64,000 nucleotides of DNA from Rhynchopus sp. YZ270_cl-10 (taxonomy: Eukaryota): the NCBI GenBank assembly GCA_964035575.1, contig OZ037836.1, positions 558,001 through 622,000 on the forward strand, in the 5' to 3' direction. A program made the translations under genes and the position numbers. The number at the start of each line of letters is the position of its first letter. The first letter of the stretch is position 1. This document shows, in pieces, positions 34,714-45,770 of this stretch. A model generated the notes under the pieces. It was not told the origin of the DNA. It was given only the letters and a program-made list of their open reading frames with translations, and did no database searches.

Positions 34714-37089
34714 TCAGACCTTCCCTTTTTCTCCAAACTCCATCTCATGATTTGACGCAGTACTGCGACCGGACGACATCGCGAATCCGATATTCGAGAG
34801 CGAAACGAACGATGTGGCTGCAGCTGGCTTGTCTGATATACACCAGGAGTGGTACTGCGGGTGCCCTGTGGGCCGTATGGGGACTCCACTGGCAATGAGG
34901 TCCAGCCGCGCCAGCACGACATTCGCAAGCGAAATGGCAACGTCTTGCGCTTCGCGCGACTCCGCAAACTTCCTCATCAACTGCGTGCCGCCCGCTTCGT
35001 CTCCTCTCTCCAAACAGCCCAACGCTTCTGCATAGTCGCTGTAGACGTCCTCCTTGGGGCCTGCCTCGACTTCGTACATCCAACCTGATTTGTTATCTAT
35101 GGGCATCCTAAACGGGGTGTACGCCCGCCCTCCGGTCACCGTCGGAAAGAACGGCGCTAATTCCAATAAAGTCCACGTTGCAGAATGATGATAGGTGCAC
35201 AGTGTATTGCATCCCAGGCCAGAGCAAAGACTAAGCTGATACGCATCGTTCACAGCCGATCCGTACACTGCAAAGGTTTTTGTATGCGAGGTGCCAGCGA
35301 TGCCGTATTGTACCGGGCCGGTTGCAAAGCCGACGGAGAGATCGATGGTGCGTTCGCTCTGTGCCAGGGTTTGCAGCTCGTTTGCAAATATTATGACATG
35401 AGCCGCATGGTGCTTCGCAGGGATCGTTGTGTTGAATGAAACCAGAATGCAGTCCGCGTTTATGGTAAAAACGCATTTTATGGTGTTGCTGACCGTTTCG
35501 ATGCTGGAGGTCATGCGGGTGTGCGCTTCGGACAATTCCTTCGGTGTTAACCCTACGCGGCTTTCTCTCGCAACCAATACCGATGCAGATCGATTTAGCA
35601 TATCCACCCTACTGCGAACCTCAATGGGAGCAGGAGCTGATAAAGGGTGGGACATCGGGTTAGGTGCGGGATGTGTTACGATGCGGGCTTCTTCCATTTT
35701 GTCGTCGTCGACGGAAACGTCTTCAGGATGGTCGATAAACAGGGTATTCGGTATAAAAGTTTTGAACTCGTAGAGGCTTTTCTCCATCATACGAAAGGAA
35801 ACCTCGAGTTGTGCGATTTCTCGAAGAACTGATGGTTTAGTATAGTCTCTGTCTCTCTTGTGTACATCCATTTCTGCGCATTTTTCTAACCTACCTACAA
35901 ATCGTACTAAAGGCTGTGTCAACCAAAACGACAAAAAAATCGTGCAAAAAATCGACACCGCGATTACCGTAACAGACGCGGTGATGCTTGCTTCAAACCC
36001 TCTTTCAACCTCTCCAAAGACGAAATCTCTCGGCATCGCAATGCACGCTGTAAAATGCAATCCATATTCATCGTTGATAAAAAATTTTTCGAACATAAAT
36101 TCTGTTCCCTCCACTGAGAAAGAATTGGACATTGAGGCGCTTTCTAGAGATGGGCAGGACGCACGCACGACCGCATCCTCTGAGTCTTTACACAGCAAAT
36201 TTGGATCGCCACTTGCATAATCTTGCACCGGCGCGCCCACCCCACCATGCGTTGCTCCAACCACAAAACCGTTTTCATCCTGAAGGTAAATTCGTGTATG
36301 GCTCAAGGTGTCACCCCCCATAATGTCCCCTTCGGGTCGAACCTTATGCAATAACGTATTTAATTGAAGCAAATCGACACCCTTATAATCCATTCCCAAA
36401 AACTCTCCATTTTCCCCTCGAATCCATGTTACAAAGACGCGAACGAGAGGTGCAGGCACTGCGACTCCCCAGGTGATGCCACCCCACATCGCCTCTTTTC
36501 CTGGAGCTGGGTCGAATGTCGGGAGGTACTTTTTCTCCCGCCATTCGCCGATGACGTTAAGAGGGAGTGTGAAGAGGTGCTGTTCCGGGAGTAACGCGAG
36601 CGAGGTTTCTGAGATGAGCCATTGCTGGGAGAGGCAGGTGGTGCAGTTTTGGAAGAAGGATTTTTGCTCGCCGTTTGGGGTTCTGAAGACAATGTACCAA
36701 ATGCTTCCAGCATCCGGCAAGAAGGTACCGGCATTGGTAATCTGCGTAAATGAGTTGATCGTTTTCAGATTAAACCATGCAGTCTTATTCAGTGTTATAA
36801 AGTCGTTTAATGTCCCATCCGCCTGCATTGCATGCTGCCTTGCAAGCCCGGCACCAATCTTCGATACCTCCACCACATTATGCAACGACGTCAACACAGC
36901 ATCCTGGACCTGAACCTGCACCTGCCGCATCACCATAGCGCCCAATTGGTCTGCTGAAGTGACGCTATAGGACCATAGCACCCCTCCGGTAGTTACACTC
37001 GCCGCAATCACAAAAAAAACTGCAATAAAAATGGTCAAAAACCTCACAGAAAGAAGCCATGTCCAGCAAGCGGGGGAGGGGAGGGGCAT
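34714..37089 (-). CDS. Receptor-type cyclase-like protein, paralogue of 13187..15541
   Basis: ORF 34714..37128; likely start MPLPSP at 37089. Same TM, sensor, TM, HAMP, degenerate cyclase layout. Confidence 0.8.
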   Translation of the reverse strand: MPLPSPACWTWLLSVRFLTIFIAVFFVIAASVTTGGVLWSYSVTSADQLGAMVMRQVQVQVQDAVLTSLHNVVEVSKIGAGLARQHAMQADGTLNDFITLNKTAWFNLKTINSFTQITNAGTFLPDAGSIWYIVFRTPNGEQKSFFQNCTTCLSQQWLISETSLALLPEQHLFTLPLNVIGEWREKKYLPTFDPAPGKEAMWGGITWGVAVPAPLVRVFVTWIRGENGEFLGMDYKGVDLLQLNTLLHKVRPEGDIMGGDTLSHTRIYLQDENGFVVGATHGGVGAPVQDYASGDPNLLCKDSEDAVVRASCPSLESASMSNSFSVEGTEFMFEKFFINDEYGLHFTACIAMPRDFVFGEVERGFEASITASVTVIAVSIFCTIFLSFWLTQPLVRFVGRLEKCAEMDVHKRDRDYTKPSVLREIAQLEVSFRMMEKSLYEFKTFIPNTLFIDHPEDVSVDDDKMEEARIVTHPAPNPMSHPLSAPAPIEVRSRVDMLNRSASVLVARESRVGLTPKELSEAHTRMTSSIETVSNTIKCVFTINADCILVSFNTTIPAKHHAAHVIIFANELQTLAQSERTIDLSVGFATGPVQYGIAGTSHTKTFAVYGSAVNDAYQLSLCSGLGCNTLCTYHHSATWTLLELAPFFPTVTGGRAYTPFRMPIDNKSGWMYEVEAGPKEDVYSDYAEALGCLERGDEAGGTQLMRKFAESREAQDVAISLANVVLARLDLIASGVPIRPTGHPQYHSWCISDKPAAATSFVSLSNIGFAMSSGRSTASNHEMEFGEKGKV

Positions 37090-37382
37090 TGGAAAAAAAA
37101 AGAGAGAGCAAAATGGGGAGTTATTCAAAAAGGGGAGGAGGGGGGGAAAGGGGGAAGGAAAGAAGAAAAAAGAAAAAAGAAAAGTCTGTGGGGTTGTGTG
37201 TGGGGGCTGGGGGGGGGGTGTTTTGATAACTAGTAGGTAGGGAAATTATTGCACAGAATATGGCGCAAGAGTTTAGAGAGTGGGTGTGCGCGTTGATAAC
37301 CTAAAGGAGTGATGCTTGCACAGAAATATGGACCCAAAAAGGGGGAGGATTTTTTTTTTTTTTGAGTGAATAAAGTGGGGGG

Positions 37383-38164
37383 CAGGCCTTTTGCTAACCA
37401 TCATGCCATCATGCCACGTTTTTGGGCGTTTTTTATTTTTATTTTCCATCATGCCACCATCATGCCACGGGGGGTGGTGGGGCAAGGCTTTCGCTCTGCA
37501 TCACCTGGGGATTTCCCGCCCAGATGGCATGATGGCATGATGGCATGATGGCATGATGGCATGATGGCATGATGGCATGATGGCATGATGGCATGATGGC
37601 ATGATGGCATGATGGCATGATGGCATGATGGCATGATGGCATGATGGCATGATGGCATGATGGCATGATGGCATGATGGCACCTTAAAATTTTTCTGCTC
37701 GCTGCGCTCGCGGAGGTATACCTAAAAAAAAAATTCCCGCTATTTTCTTCCTGCCTACGGTGCCATTTTATAATGTCTAAGGGGATTCCCTTGCATTTTG
37801 CAGCCAGAAATGAAACTTGACCCAAGCTGCAAAAATTTGACCATTGTTATTTCAAAGTGACCCAACCGTTGCAACAGCCCCTGCTTCTGGAAGACGTATT
37901 GATTTTGTACGGTTGGTGTACTTAAGGCGCAAGACCAAGCACCGTTAATAAAGGATTAGATTCCGTTTTTTTTTTTTTTTTGTTATCTCGCAAAGCTGAC
38001 CCTTCGCCTCTCACCCTGGGCTGGCAGGGAGGCGCGCGCGAAGCGCGCGACGACCGCTTTCACCAAGTGGGAAAGCTCGGAATGTACTTTTTTTCCAGGA
38101 AATTATTTTTTTTTTGACCATCATGCCATTCAGGGGGAAAATCCCAAAGTTAGCAAAAGGCCTG
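37383..38164. mobile_element. hAT-type MITE containing a (GATGGCAT)n satellite
   Basis: TIR caggccttttgctaac / gttagcaaaaggcctg; 8-bp TSD gtgggggg; 8-bp array at about 37523-37681. Confidence 0.9.
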
Positions 38165-39277
38165 GTGGGGGGTTTATCTATCTTTGTTTCTCTTCAAAAT
38201 CTCATCACAAAAACACAAAAATAAAAAACACAAAAAAAAACACACACACTGGGTAATGTTCTACCCTTAGGAACTACCCATTTTTATTTTAATTTTAATT
38301 TTTCTCAAAATTTTGCAACTATCCTTGAGGTCAATGTGCCCCTGCTCGAGGCAGGATCACTGCTCATATCTTGTTCGGCTCAAGGGTCTTAGAACCAGGT
38401 CCCAGTTGGTGCCGTTTTCCCCTGGAATTTTTTTAGGATGGAGGGGGACAATGACACAAGGGCATTTTTTGGCATTTTTTTTCCTTCAAAAAAAAAAATA
38501 ACCCAAAGCCGAATGAGCCTCGCTGCGCACAACAACAAAAAAATATATAAATCGCACAACGCACACATGCCACGCCATTGGTCTTCAAGGGGAGAGAGAA
38601 GACACAGCCCCAGGCTAGGTGAGGGGACAAATATGGACATTGTTGTGCGCCGACCAACCAAGCACTTTACTTACGCAAAAAAAAAAAGGGAGAGAAAAAA
38701 AAGTTGAAAACAACAAATATGTGTCGCATGCACACAACGTGCCAATGCAATACATAAGGTCGGACCCTTACCTTTTTTTGTTTTTTGAAAGCTTAGTTAG
38801 TGTAATAGTGTTGACCACCCCCAGAGGAATGCGTTCCAACTATTAATATTATTTTTTTGCTGCATCTATAATTATCCGAAGTAATGCCTTGCACTCATTA
38901 GGTTCGGCCCGAGGGCTGCACTGAAAATATCTTTTTTTTTTCTTTTGTTGTTGAAAAATTGTTGGAATAGTGTAGTTGCCACGCATGCAAGCTTCACTGT
39001 TTATTGTCAGTTTTCTTCTTTTTTTGCTAGTATTGGGTTTTTCTTTTTTTTTTATCATTTTTGTTATCACCCCCCCATCCCCCCAACCTAGCACCTTCCC
39101 CCCGGGTGTTTTTCCTCCTGATGAGCTACACCAATTTCTCAGGTTTGGAAAATCCCATAAAAAAAAAACTCACGCTTTGCTTATGGTGTAGCTGAACCCT
39201 AAAAAAAGGGGCATTATTTAGCAGTTTGCTATCATTTTTTGAATACTTCGTTGTATTAGTGTAGCCACCCCTAGAGT

Positions 39278-40081
39278 CAGGGGTCCTAAGAGTGGTAACT
39301 TTTGCCACTTCTGAAGTGACCTTTTTTATTTTTTTGAAATCCGAAGGTCACTTCGAAGTGACCTTCGAAAAGTGCCCTAAAAAGTGACCTTCTCCTTTTT
39401 TATTTTTGAAATCCAGTGTCACGAAGTGACCTCGGATGATTAACATACACCGGGAACACGTTGGATCTTGTTCTTTGCGAATCTTATTTGAGCATGCTTC
39501 GGGTCCGGGATTTTTTTTCCTTTTTTGCCAACATCAGTGGTCTGCAGGGCTTACCACAATGTATAATTTTCGCGCAATTTTTTGAAATGTTGCATACCGT
39601 GGCTTCGCCAGAAACTTTCGTTTTAGCAAAATACGTAAGGAAAATTCGCGGAACTGACGATAATTACCAACGACAGTGCCATTTTATGGCAACATTTTTT
39701 AGAAATGTTGCGTACCGTGGCTTCGCCAGGAACCTTTGGGTGCTGTGACCGCAGTTTCTTTTATAAATGCACTGAGGTTACTGATACGAAGGCTGACACC
39801 CACTACGGCTTGTGGATCACCTGTGGCTACCAAGCTATCAAGGCTGCAGAGGAGGGGAGGCCTGGGGGAGACCAGGCTTTCCGCAGGTTGGTCTGATGAT
39901 ACGGCGATAACCAACGTCTTCCCAGTGTGTATGTCCGAGGATTTGCACCTTTGCAACGACACTTTTTTTGTTGTTACCATACCGCCTCTGAGGGGGAAGT
40001 TTTTTTTTCCCCCTCAAAAAACGAGAAGTGACCTTGAAGTTACCATTTTTATTTTTTTTGAGAACAGCGTTAGGACCTCTG
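39278..40081. mobile_element. hAT-type MITE
   Basis: TIR caggggtcctaa / ttaggacctctg; 8-bp TSD cctagagt at 39270-39277 and 40082-40089. Confidence 0.9.
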
Positions 40082-40414
40082 CCTAGAGTGTGCTCCACTA
40101 TATTTTTTTTTATCGGAATTCGGTGGTTTCAGCCACACCATTTTATGGATCACTACAATTCAAGCGCGACCCCTCCCCCCCTTCCCCCTTGGACATTCAA
40201 CTTCATTCAATGCCAGAAGCCACATTTTTCCCCCCCCTCCCCCTCCCCCTCCCCCCCACAACAACACTTAAACCATGCAATAACAAAGCACACCTTGGCA
40301 ATCCGTTACTAGTCAACGCTGTGCTTTTGTTACTTGCGCTTGAAACATTTTTTTTTGTCATTTCATGACAATTCGTTTGAACCCCAACCCCCCCATCCCT
40401 CCTCTCCCCTCCCC

Positions 40415-40948
40415 TTAGATGTAGTTCCCCTGCATCCATGCGGTAACGGTTCTCGCAAACCCACGCACGTCTTCTCTCAGCATCTTTGCCGCCTTTTTGT
40501 TGAGCGGGTCGTCTGGGTTGGGCTCGCTGAATAGAAGCTCCATCCCGAAGATCACCGACTTCAGGGTCAACACCGGACGCCACTCAGCACGAAGAATGTT
40601 AAGGCACACCTTACCATCCTCATCGATGTTGGGGTGGTACAAACGGTATGGGTTGTCGTTCAGGCAGTAGGTCACCTTGGGAGGCTGATGCGGGTAGTCG
40701 AACGGTACGGTCACACGGAACTTAAACGTGCCGCCAGAGTAGTAGCCTTCGCTCGGGCGGAGCGTTAACAGCAAGACGCGCGGGTTCTCCGGGTCGACCT
40801 GCTCAAACGAGGTGCGGCTCCCGGTCAGGTCGATCTCAGCAATGTCCATCGTCAGGCGAATGTCAGCAGAGGCCTTCCCTCCGCTCTTCTTGTCCTCCTT
40901 CTCCTTCTGGAGGGTTGCCATACGCTTCTCAAGACCTTTGCGCAGCAT
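40415..40948 (-). CDS. UBC12: NEDD8-conjugating E2 enzyme (Ubc12/UBE2M)
   Basis: Lysine-rich N-terminal extension, DIRLTMDIAE, YHPNIDEDGKVCLNILRAEWRPVL and EPNPDDPLN. Start MLRKG at 40948; the upstream ORF extension runs into transposon DNA. Confidence 0.85.
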   Translation of the reverse strand: MLRKGLEKRMATLQKEKEDKKSGGKASADIRLTMDIAEIDLTGSRTSFEQVDPENPRVLLLTLRPSEGYYSGGTFKFRVTVPFDYPHQPPKVTYCLNDNPYRLYHPNIDEDGKVCLNILRAEWRPVLTLKSVIFGMELLFSEPNPDDPLNKKAAKMLREDVRGFARTVTAWMQGNYI

Positions 40949-41759
40949 TGTGGTGGGTGTTTTGCCTAAGGGGGGTGTGGGTGTGGGTGTGGGTGTGGGT
41001 GCACAACGGGACCCAGTGACAAGCGACAAGTGAAAATGACAAGTGAAATGGGTGACAAGTAAATGACAAGTGAATGACAAGTGGATCACTTGTCATGACA
41101 AAAAAGTCATTTGTCATGACAAGTGACTTTTTTGTCATTTTACTTGTCATAAATATGGGTAGATGCCAAAAACCCCCCCTCCCCCTAATTTCACTACGAT
41201 TTTTTGAGGTTGTACCAGGTTTTACCAGAAATAAGCGCCGAAAACTGCCCAGAACCACCCCAAAACCATTTTCCGGCGGGTTTTGGGGGCTATTGGGGAA
41301 AAATACACTTTTTTGGGGGTATTTTTTTGTGTTTTTAGGCTATTTTTTACTCCCCATGCCTTACAACCCCAGAACAGATAGACACATAAAGAATGCCCAG
41401 GGTTGGACTCAACACTTACCTTGAAGGTATAGATAAATGCGTCCGTGGGGACTGGTCATGTCGGGGGATCGGAAAAGACGCCCTTCACCGCATGGCTAAG
41501 AGAAAGCGGGATTTTGTTACTTCAGTTTGTTCAGTTTCACAAAGAACGTGTACGAACTGTGGCAATACAGGCCACAATACACATACATGTCCAAAAAAGC
41601 GTCGCATATCATAAAAAAGACCCCAAAACACCCCCCAGACCCCAAAACGTCCCCCAGACCCCCCAAACCCCCCTTGTACATGTGCCTGGGCCTCTCATAG
41701 CCTCCCAACCAGACTTTCCGCGCTGAAGAATCCGATGAAGAATTCTTCGAAAAAAAAAA

Positions 41760-43418
41760 ATAACTAATTATTAGCGTGAAATAAAGTGCACTTTTTTTCA
41801 CGCCCACGTAATTTTGGCTCACGAGTGAGAGTTTATTGCCCGAGCCGCAGGCGAGGGCAATAATAGAGCACGAGTGAGACAAAATACGTGGAAGTGAAAA
41901 AACGCACTTTATTTCAAACTAATACGTAGTTTTGTTTTACAAGTGAAAATGATATTTTTGCTGGGATCCTTCACAAACGAGACGTAAAATAGAGTGATTT
42001 TATGAACAAAATGTGGGTACCTGTAAGTGAGAGTGTGAATGAGAGTAGGGGAACATGTGAACATCAATCAAAAGCAGGGAAGGGGTTACTTTTTTTGATA
42101 TATGCCTCCTATGACTGGTACTAATTACAAGATGTCACCACTCATCTCGCCTGTAGGGGGGGGGCAGGTGTATAGAGCATCACAGAAGGGGGGTTTTTTT
42201 TTTGCACTCATGATCATGGTTTGTTCTGTTGCACATTGATGTTAATCTTGACTTCTTGTGGCGTCTGAGTTGGGGGACTGTTGTTCTGTGTCAACAGCTG
42301 TGACATCGCAACTTGACCGGCCTGTGTGACTTCGGTGTACCTTTGTGGCATTGCCTGACTGACCCACCCATAGTGGCGTTGCATCTGTACAATAGATGCT
42401 CCTGCCTCAGCGGCTTGAGTCGCAGAAGACCTGCGGAAGCTGTGCCCAGTGTACGAACCGTCCAGCGCAAGCACCCTCGCGACTTCTGCAGGTATGCCGT
42501 ACATTTTGTTGATGCCAAGAGGTTGCACACGAAAGGTCCCAGTAGTAGTTCTGTCAGCTGTCGTCTTAGTTCCAGTGATGAAGAAGCGACCCTCCTGTGA
42601 AACTGGTGAGCGCCGGTTCAGGTACTCCTCCACCACACAAAAGTAGATGCTGTCTCTTGGTACCACAAACCTCCCACGCTCCATGTCGGCCTTTTTCACC
42701 TTAGCACAGTGCTGGTACGTGAAGAGGTATCCCACTGGTGATTCCTGATAATTTGTCATCTCAAGCATCAGTGCTTCTGTGCATCTCATTCCCGACAGAA
42801 AACACACCGCGACGTAAGCCTTGCGGACACACCAGTAGCAGTCGCTCAACTCGCTCATCTTGAGAAACATCTCCACTTCTCCCTTCGAAAACGTCTTGCT
42901 CTTCTTCGTCGATTCGTCACTTCCCCAGGTCTTCAGCAACAGCCCGATGCGGTGGTACTCCTTTAGTGAAAAGTCGAACTCCGTCTTGAACATAAAGTTG
43001 AGCTTAGAGTAGCACGACCATAATGAGCTGGCTTTGTAGCTGCGTTCTTCGCGCAGGTGTGTCAAGTAAGAGACCACATGTTCTTCTCTTGGCTGCTTCC
43101 GCCCCGTGATTTTATTGTGTTGTAAAAACTTATTCCACTCCGTTTTGTATGCAGTGCTTGACTTCAACCCTGCCAGAAGCTCGGTCTCATACAGATCCTC
43201 CATAGCCTCCTTCTTCTTGGTCCTTGGCATGATTTGTAGGGTGGAGTGTGTGGTTTTGTGACTGACAGAAAACAGTGAAACTTTTTTTCACGCCAGTGAA
43301 ACTTTTTTTCACGCCTCCAGCGAAATTACTAAGAGCAAGCGTGAAAAAAAGCTCACTTTATTTCACGCCCCGTTTGTGAAGGATCCCAGCAAAAAGTCAT
43401 TTTCACATGTGATATAAA
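41760..43418 (-). mobile_element. Apparently intact Crypton-like tyrosine-recombinase transposon
   Basis: Hairpin 41762-41931 with a GCA loop at 41847-41849; inverted pair about 41931-41997 / 43353-43418; single recombinase ORF; no reverse transcriptase. Confidence 0.85.
42214..43230 (-). CDS. Tyrosine recombinase (phage-integrase family, Crypton-like)
   Basis: 338 aa. N-terminal core-binding region, then SGMRCTE (Arg I), AKVKK (probable Lys), YTGHSFRRSSAT (HxxR), RHYGW and PQRY (Tyr). The catalytic set appears complete. Confidence 0.92.
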   Translation of the reverse strand: MPRTKKKEAMEDLYETELLAGLKSSTAYKTEWNKFLQHNKITGRKQPREEHVVSYLTHLREERSYKASSLWSCYSKLNFMFKTEFDFSLKEYHRIGLLLKTWGSDESTKKSKTFSKGEVEMFLKMSELSDCYWCVRKAYVAVCFLSGMRCTEALMLEMTNYQESPVGYLFTYQHCAKVKKADMERGRFVVPRDSIYFCVVEEYLNRRSPVSQEGRFFITGTKTTADRTTTGTFRVQPLGINKMYGIPAEVARVLALDGSYTGHSFRRSSATQAAEAGASIVQMQRHYGWVSQAMPQRYTEVTQAGQVAMSQLLTQNNSPPTQTPQEVKININVQQNKP

Positions 43419-45770
43419 TCCCAAAAAAAAAATTTTTTCCAGTGAAGAATTCTTCATTGGAAAAAAATAACAATAAAAAAAAATTCCCGAAAAAAAAAAA
43501 TTCCCCCACATAAGCCTCTGAGAGTGACCAGAACTGGCCTCATGAACAAAGTGACCCCGTCACAGCCAGAACGCGACTCAATTGATCAAACGCCGAACGA
43601 AAAGGAAACATGCAGCATCAGGGCCTTCAACGTGTCGAAGTTAAGCCTTAACTTCGACAACTTTTTTTTTTTTGGTTTTTTTTTTTGTCGAAGTTCGACA
43701 AATCTAAAAAAAAATATGGGATTTTGGCAAAATCCTTTTATTTCTGACCGAGTTGCAGGGTAGTCCACGGGAGAAACTCGGTTCAGGGTTTTAACTTTAA
43801 CATTCTCCTGTGATCCACTGTGACCATTTGGACAGAGCTCGTAGAAACCAACGAGGAGTGAGCCAGACAAAAGTAGCGTACCGTGCGCCTGCGGCGCAAG
43901 CAGGCATCCCACCCTTCCCATGACATAGTTTGGCTGTAAATAAAGCGCCATGGTATGCGCAATATTTGAAATGTTGCGTACAGTGGCTTCGCCAGGGACC
44001 TTTGTTGTTATAAATGTACTGAGCTTACTGATACGACAGGTGTGATACCCACTACGGCTTGTGGATCACCAGTGGCTACAAAGCTACCAATGCTGCTTGT
44101 GTTGAAACACACGTGTGTGGGACAGGCGGATTTTTTTGGCTGACCGAGTTTTCAAAAATGACCAAAACCTGTATAAACCCCTGAGAGCTTCTCCCTGTGT
44201 TTTGCTACACCCGCGCGCGCGAAGCGCGCGCGGGCTCGGGGAGGTCAGTTTTTTTTTTTTTTTTTTACTTCGACAAAACTGTGGACAGACTTTGTCGATG
44301 GTTGAAGGCCCTGTGCAGCATGGCGAAAGAAAAAAAGTAGCGTACCGTGCGCCTGCGGCGCAAGTTTGCAACCCACCTTCCCATGACATAGTTTGGCTGT
44401 AAAAATGTGCAATTTTAAGCGCAATTTTTTGAAATGTTGCGTACCGTGGCTTCGCCAGGAACCTTGATGCTATGACCACCGTTTCTTTTTGTACACATAC
44501 TGAGGTTACTGATAATTCGTGTGTCTGGTGCAAATATCAATGAAGTTGAACTCCTCAGTTGGATACCCGAGGAATTCTCTCATTCCGGGTCGGGCTCGAC
44601 CGCGCTTTTTTATTTTATTTTTTGGAAATCTCAGGGACTGCGCTGGGACGCGTTTTTTGGGCCAGAACTCTAGTGTCTCCGCCGGAGGCCCCGAACTTGC
44701 GTTAACTTCCGGCGCGCGTAGCGCGCCGGGCTCGGGACGTATTTACCTTTTATGTACAAAATCACGATTCTTCATCAAAAATCGTACCCAATGAAGGAGC
44801 GCGGAAACACTGCTCCCAACAGAACTAAAAAAAAATCAAGTGAAATTAGGGGGAGGGGGGGGTTTTGGCACCGACCCATATGACAAGTGATTCACTTGTC
44901 ACTTGTCATTGGGTCCCGTCGTGTGGGTGGTTAAAATTCAGGGCGGTGGATACTAAAATCCGATCTCACCTGGTAGGTGTTTTTCCAGAGCTGAAATTTC
45001 TTTTCTGGAACCAGGCTTGGAAGGAGGAGAACATCCCAGTTATGTTACGCACGCGAAAATAATAAAACCTACATCCTCGAACTTTTTATACACAAACTAT
45101 TTCATTGAACGCATCGCTTTGGGGTATTAAATACAACAAAATCCTCACGGGAGGAACTGCACTGACAGATGGAAATCTGGGTGCAGATGGAAAAAAGAGA
45201 GAAGTCGAAAGTGCAAACGCCTCACCGTTCATCGGCGGATGCAGGCACCTCCACCAAAGAAAGCTTTGTAACACGACCTTATTCGCGCCCTTACTTAGTT
45301 TAAATTTGGCTAGGTTTTTACAGGAATTGATTGACGCTTCTGCAGTTAGTGTACATCTGTGTATAATTACACAAAAAAAAAAAAAAGAGAAAAGAGTAAA
45401 ACATCACCTCTGGGCACCGTCGGATGCAGTGTCCTGCTTGTGAAGAAAGAAAATACTACGGGTGTCAATAACTATCTTCACACAGAAAAACGGGGAAACG
45501 AAATAGGGGGAGAGTTTTGCTAGTTGTACGCTGCCACCACTCAGTGTCCCTCTCATGAAGAGAGAATAAATAGCTCTTGAAGCTCAGGCTTCACCCTTGC
45601 ATTTGCCTTGGCTTTTCGCAAAACCAACATATTTCCCCGCAACTGATTTCCAACATACACGAGGAGCTCGAGGACACTGCCAGCACATCACATGAATAGA
45701 GGGGTGTGTGTGTGTTTGATAACTAATAGGGGTAATTCTTGCGCAGAATATGGCCCCATATGTGCGTGCG

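Larger units (their letters stand above)
41002..44923. mobile_element. CAC...GTG-ended non-autonomous element (CMC/CACTA-like) hosting the recombinase element
   Basis: TIR cacaacgggaccca / tgggtcccgtcgtg; inverted subterminal tgacaagtg repeats; inverted gccaaaa..cccctaatttcac / gtgaaattagggg..ttttggc. Flanks are tgggtg on both sides (TSD 2 or 6 bp, ambiguous in a microsatellite). Zinc-knuckle remnant CTNCGNTGHNTHTC at about 41549-41590. Confidence 0.75.

Noticed and set aside
40949..41089. N-terminal extension of the UBC12 ORF
   Set aside because: It reads through a microsatellite and a transposon TIR.
41393..41614. Zinc-knuckle ORF as a host gene or gag
   Set aside because: A short fragment inside a TIR element with no RT or LTR; treated as a transposase remnant.
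41760..43418. DIRS retrotransposon or prophage integrase interpretation
   Set aside because: No gag, RT, RNase H or phage genes lie within the repeat-defined boundaries.
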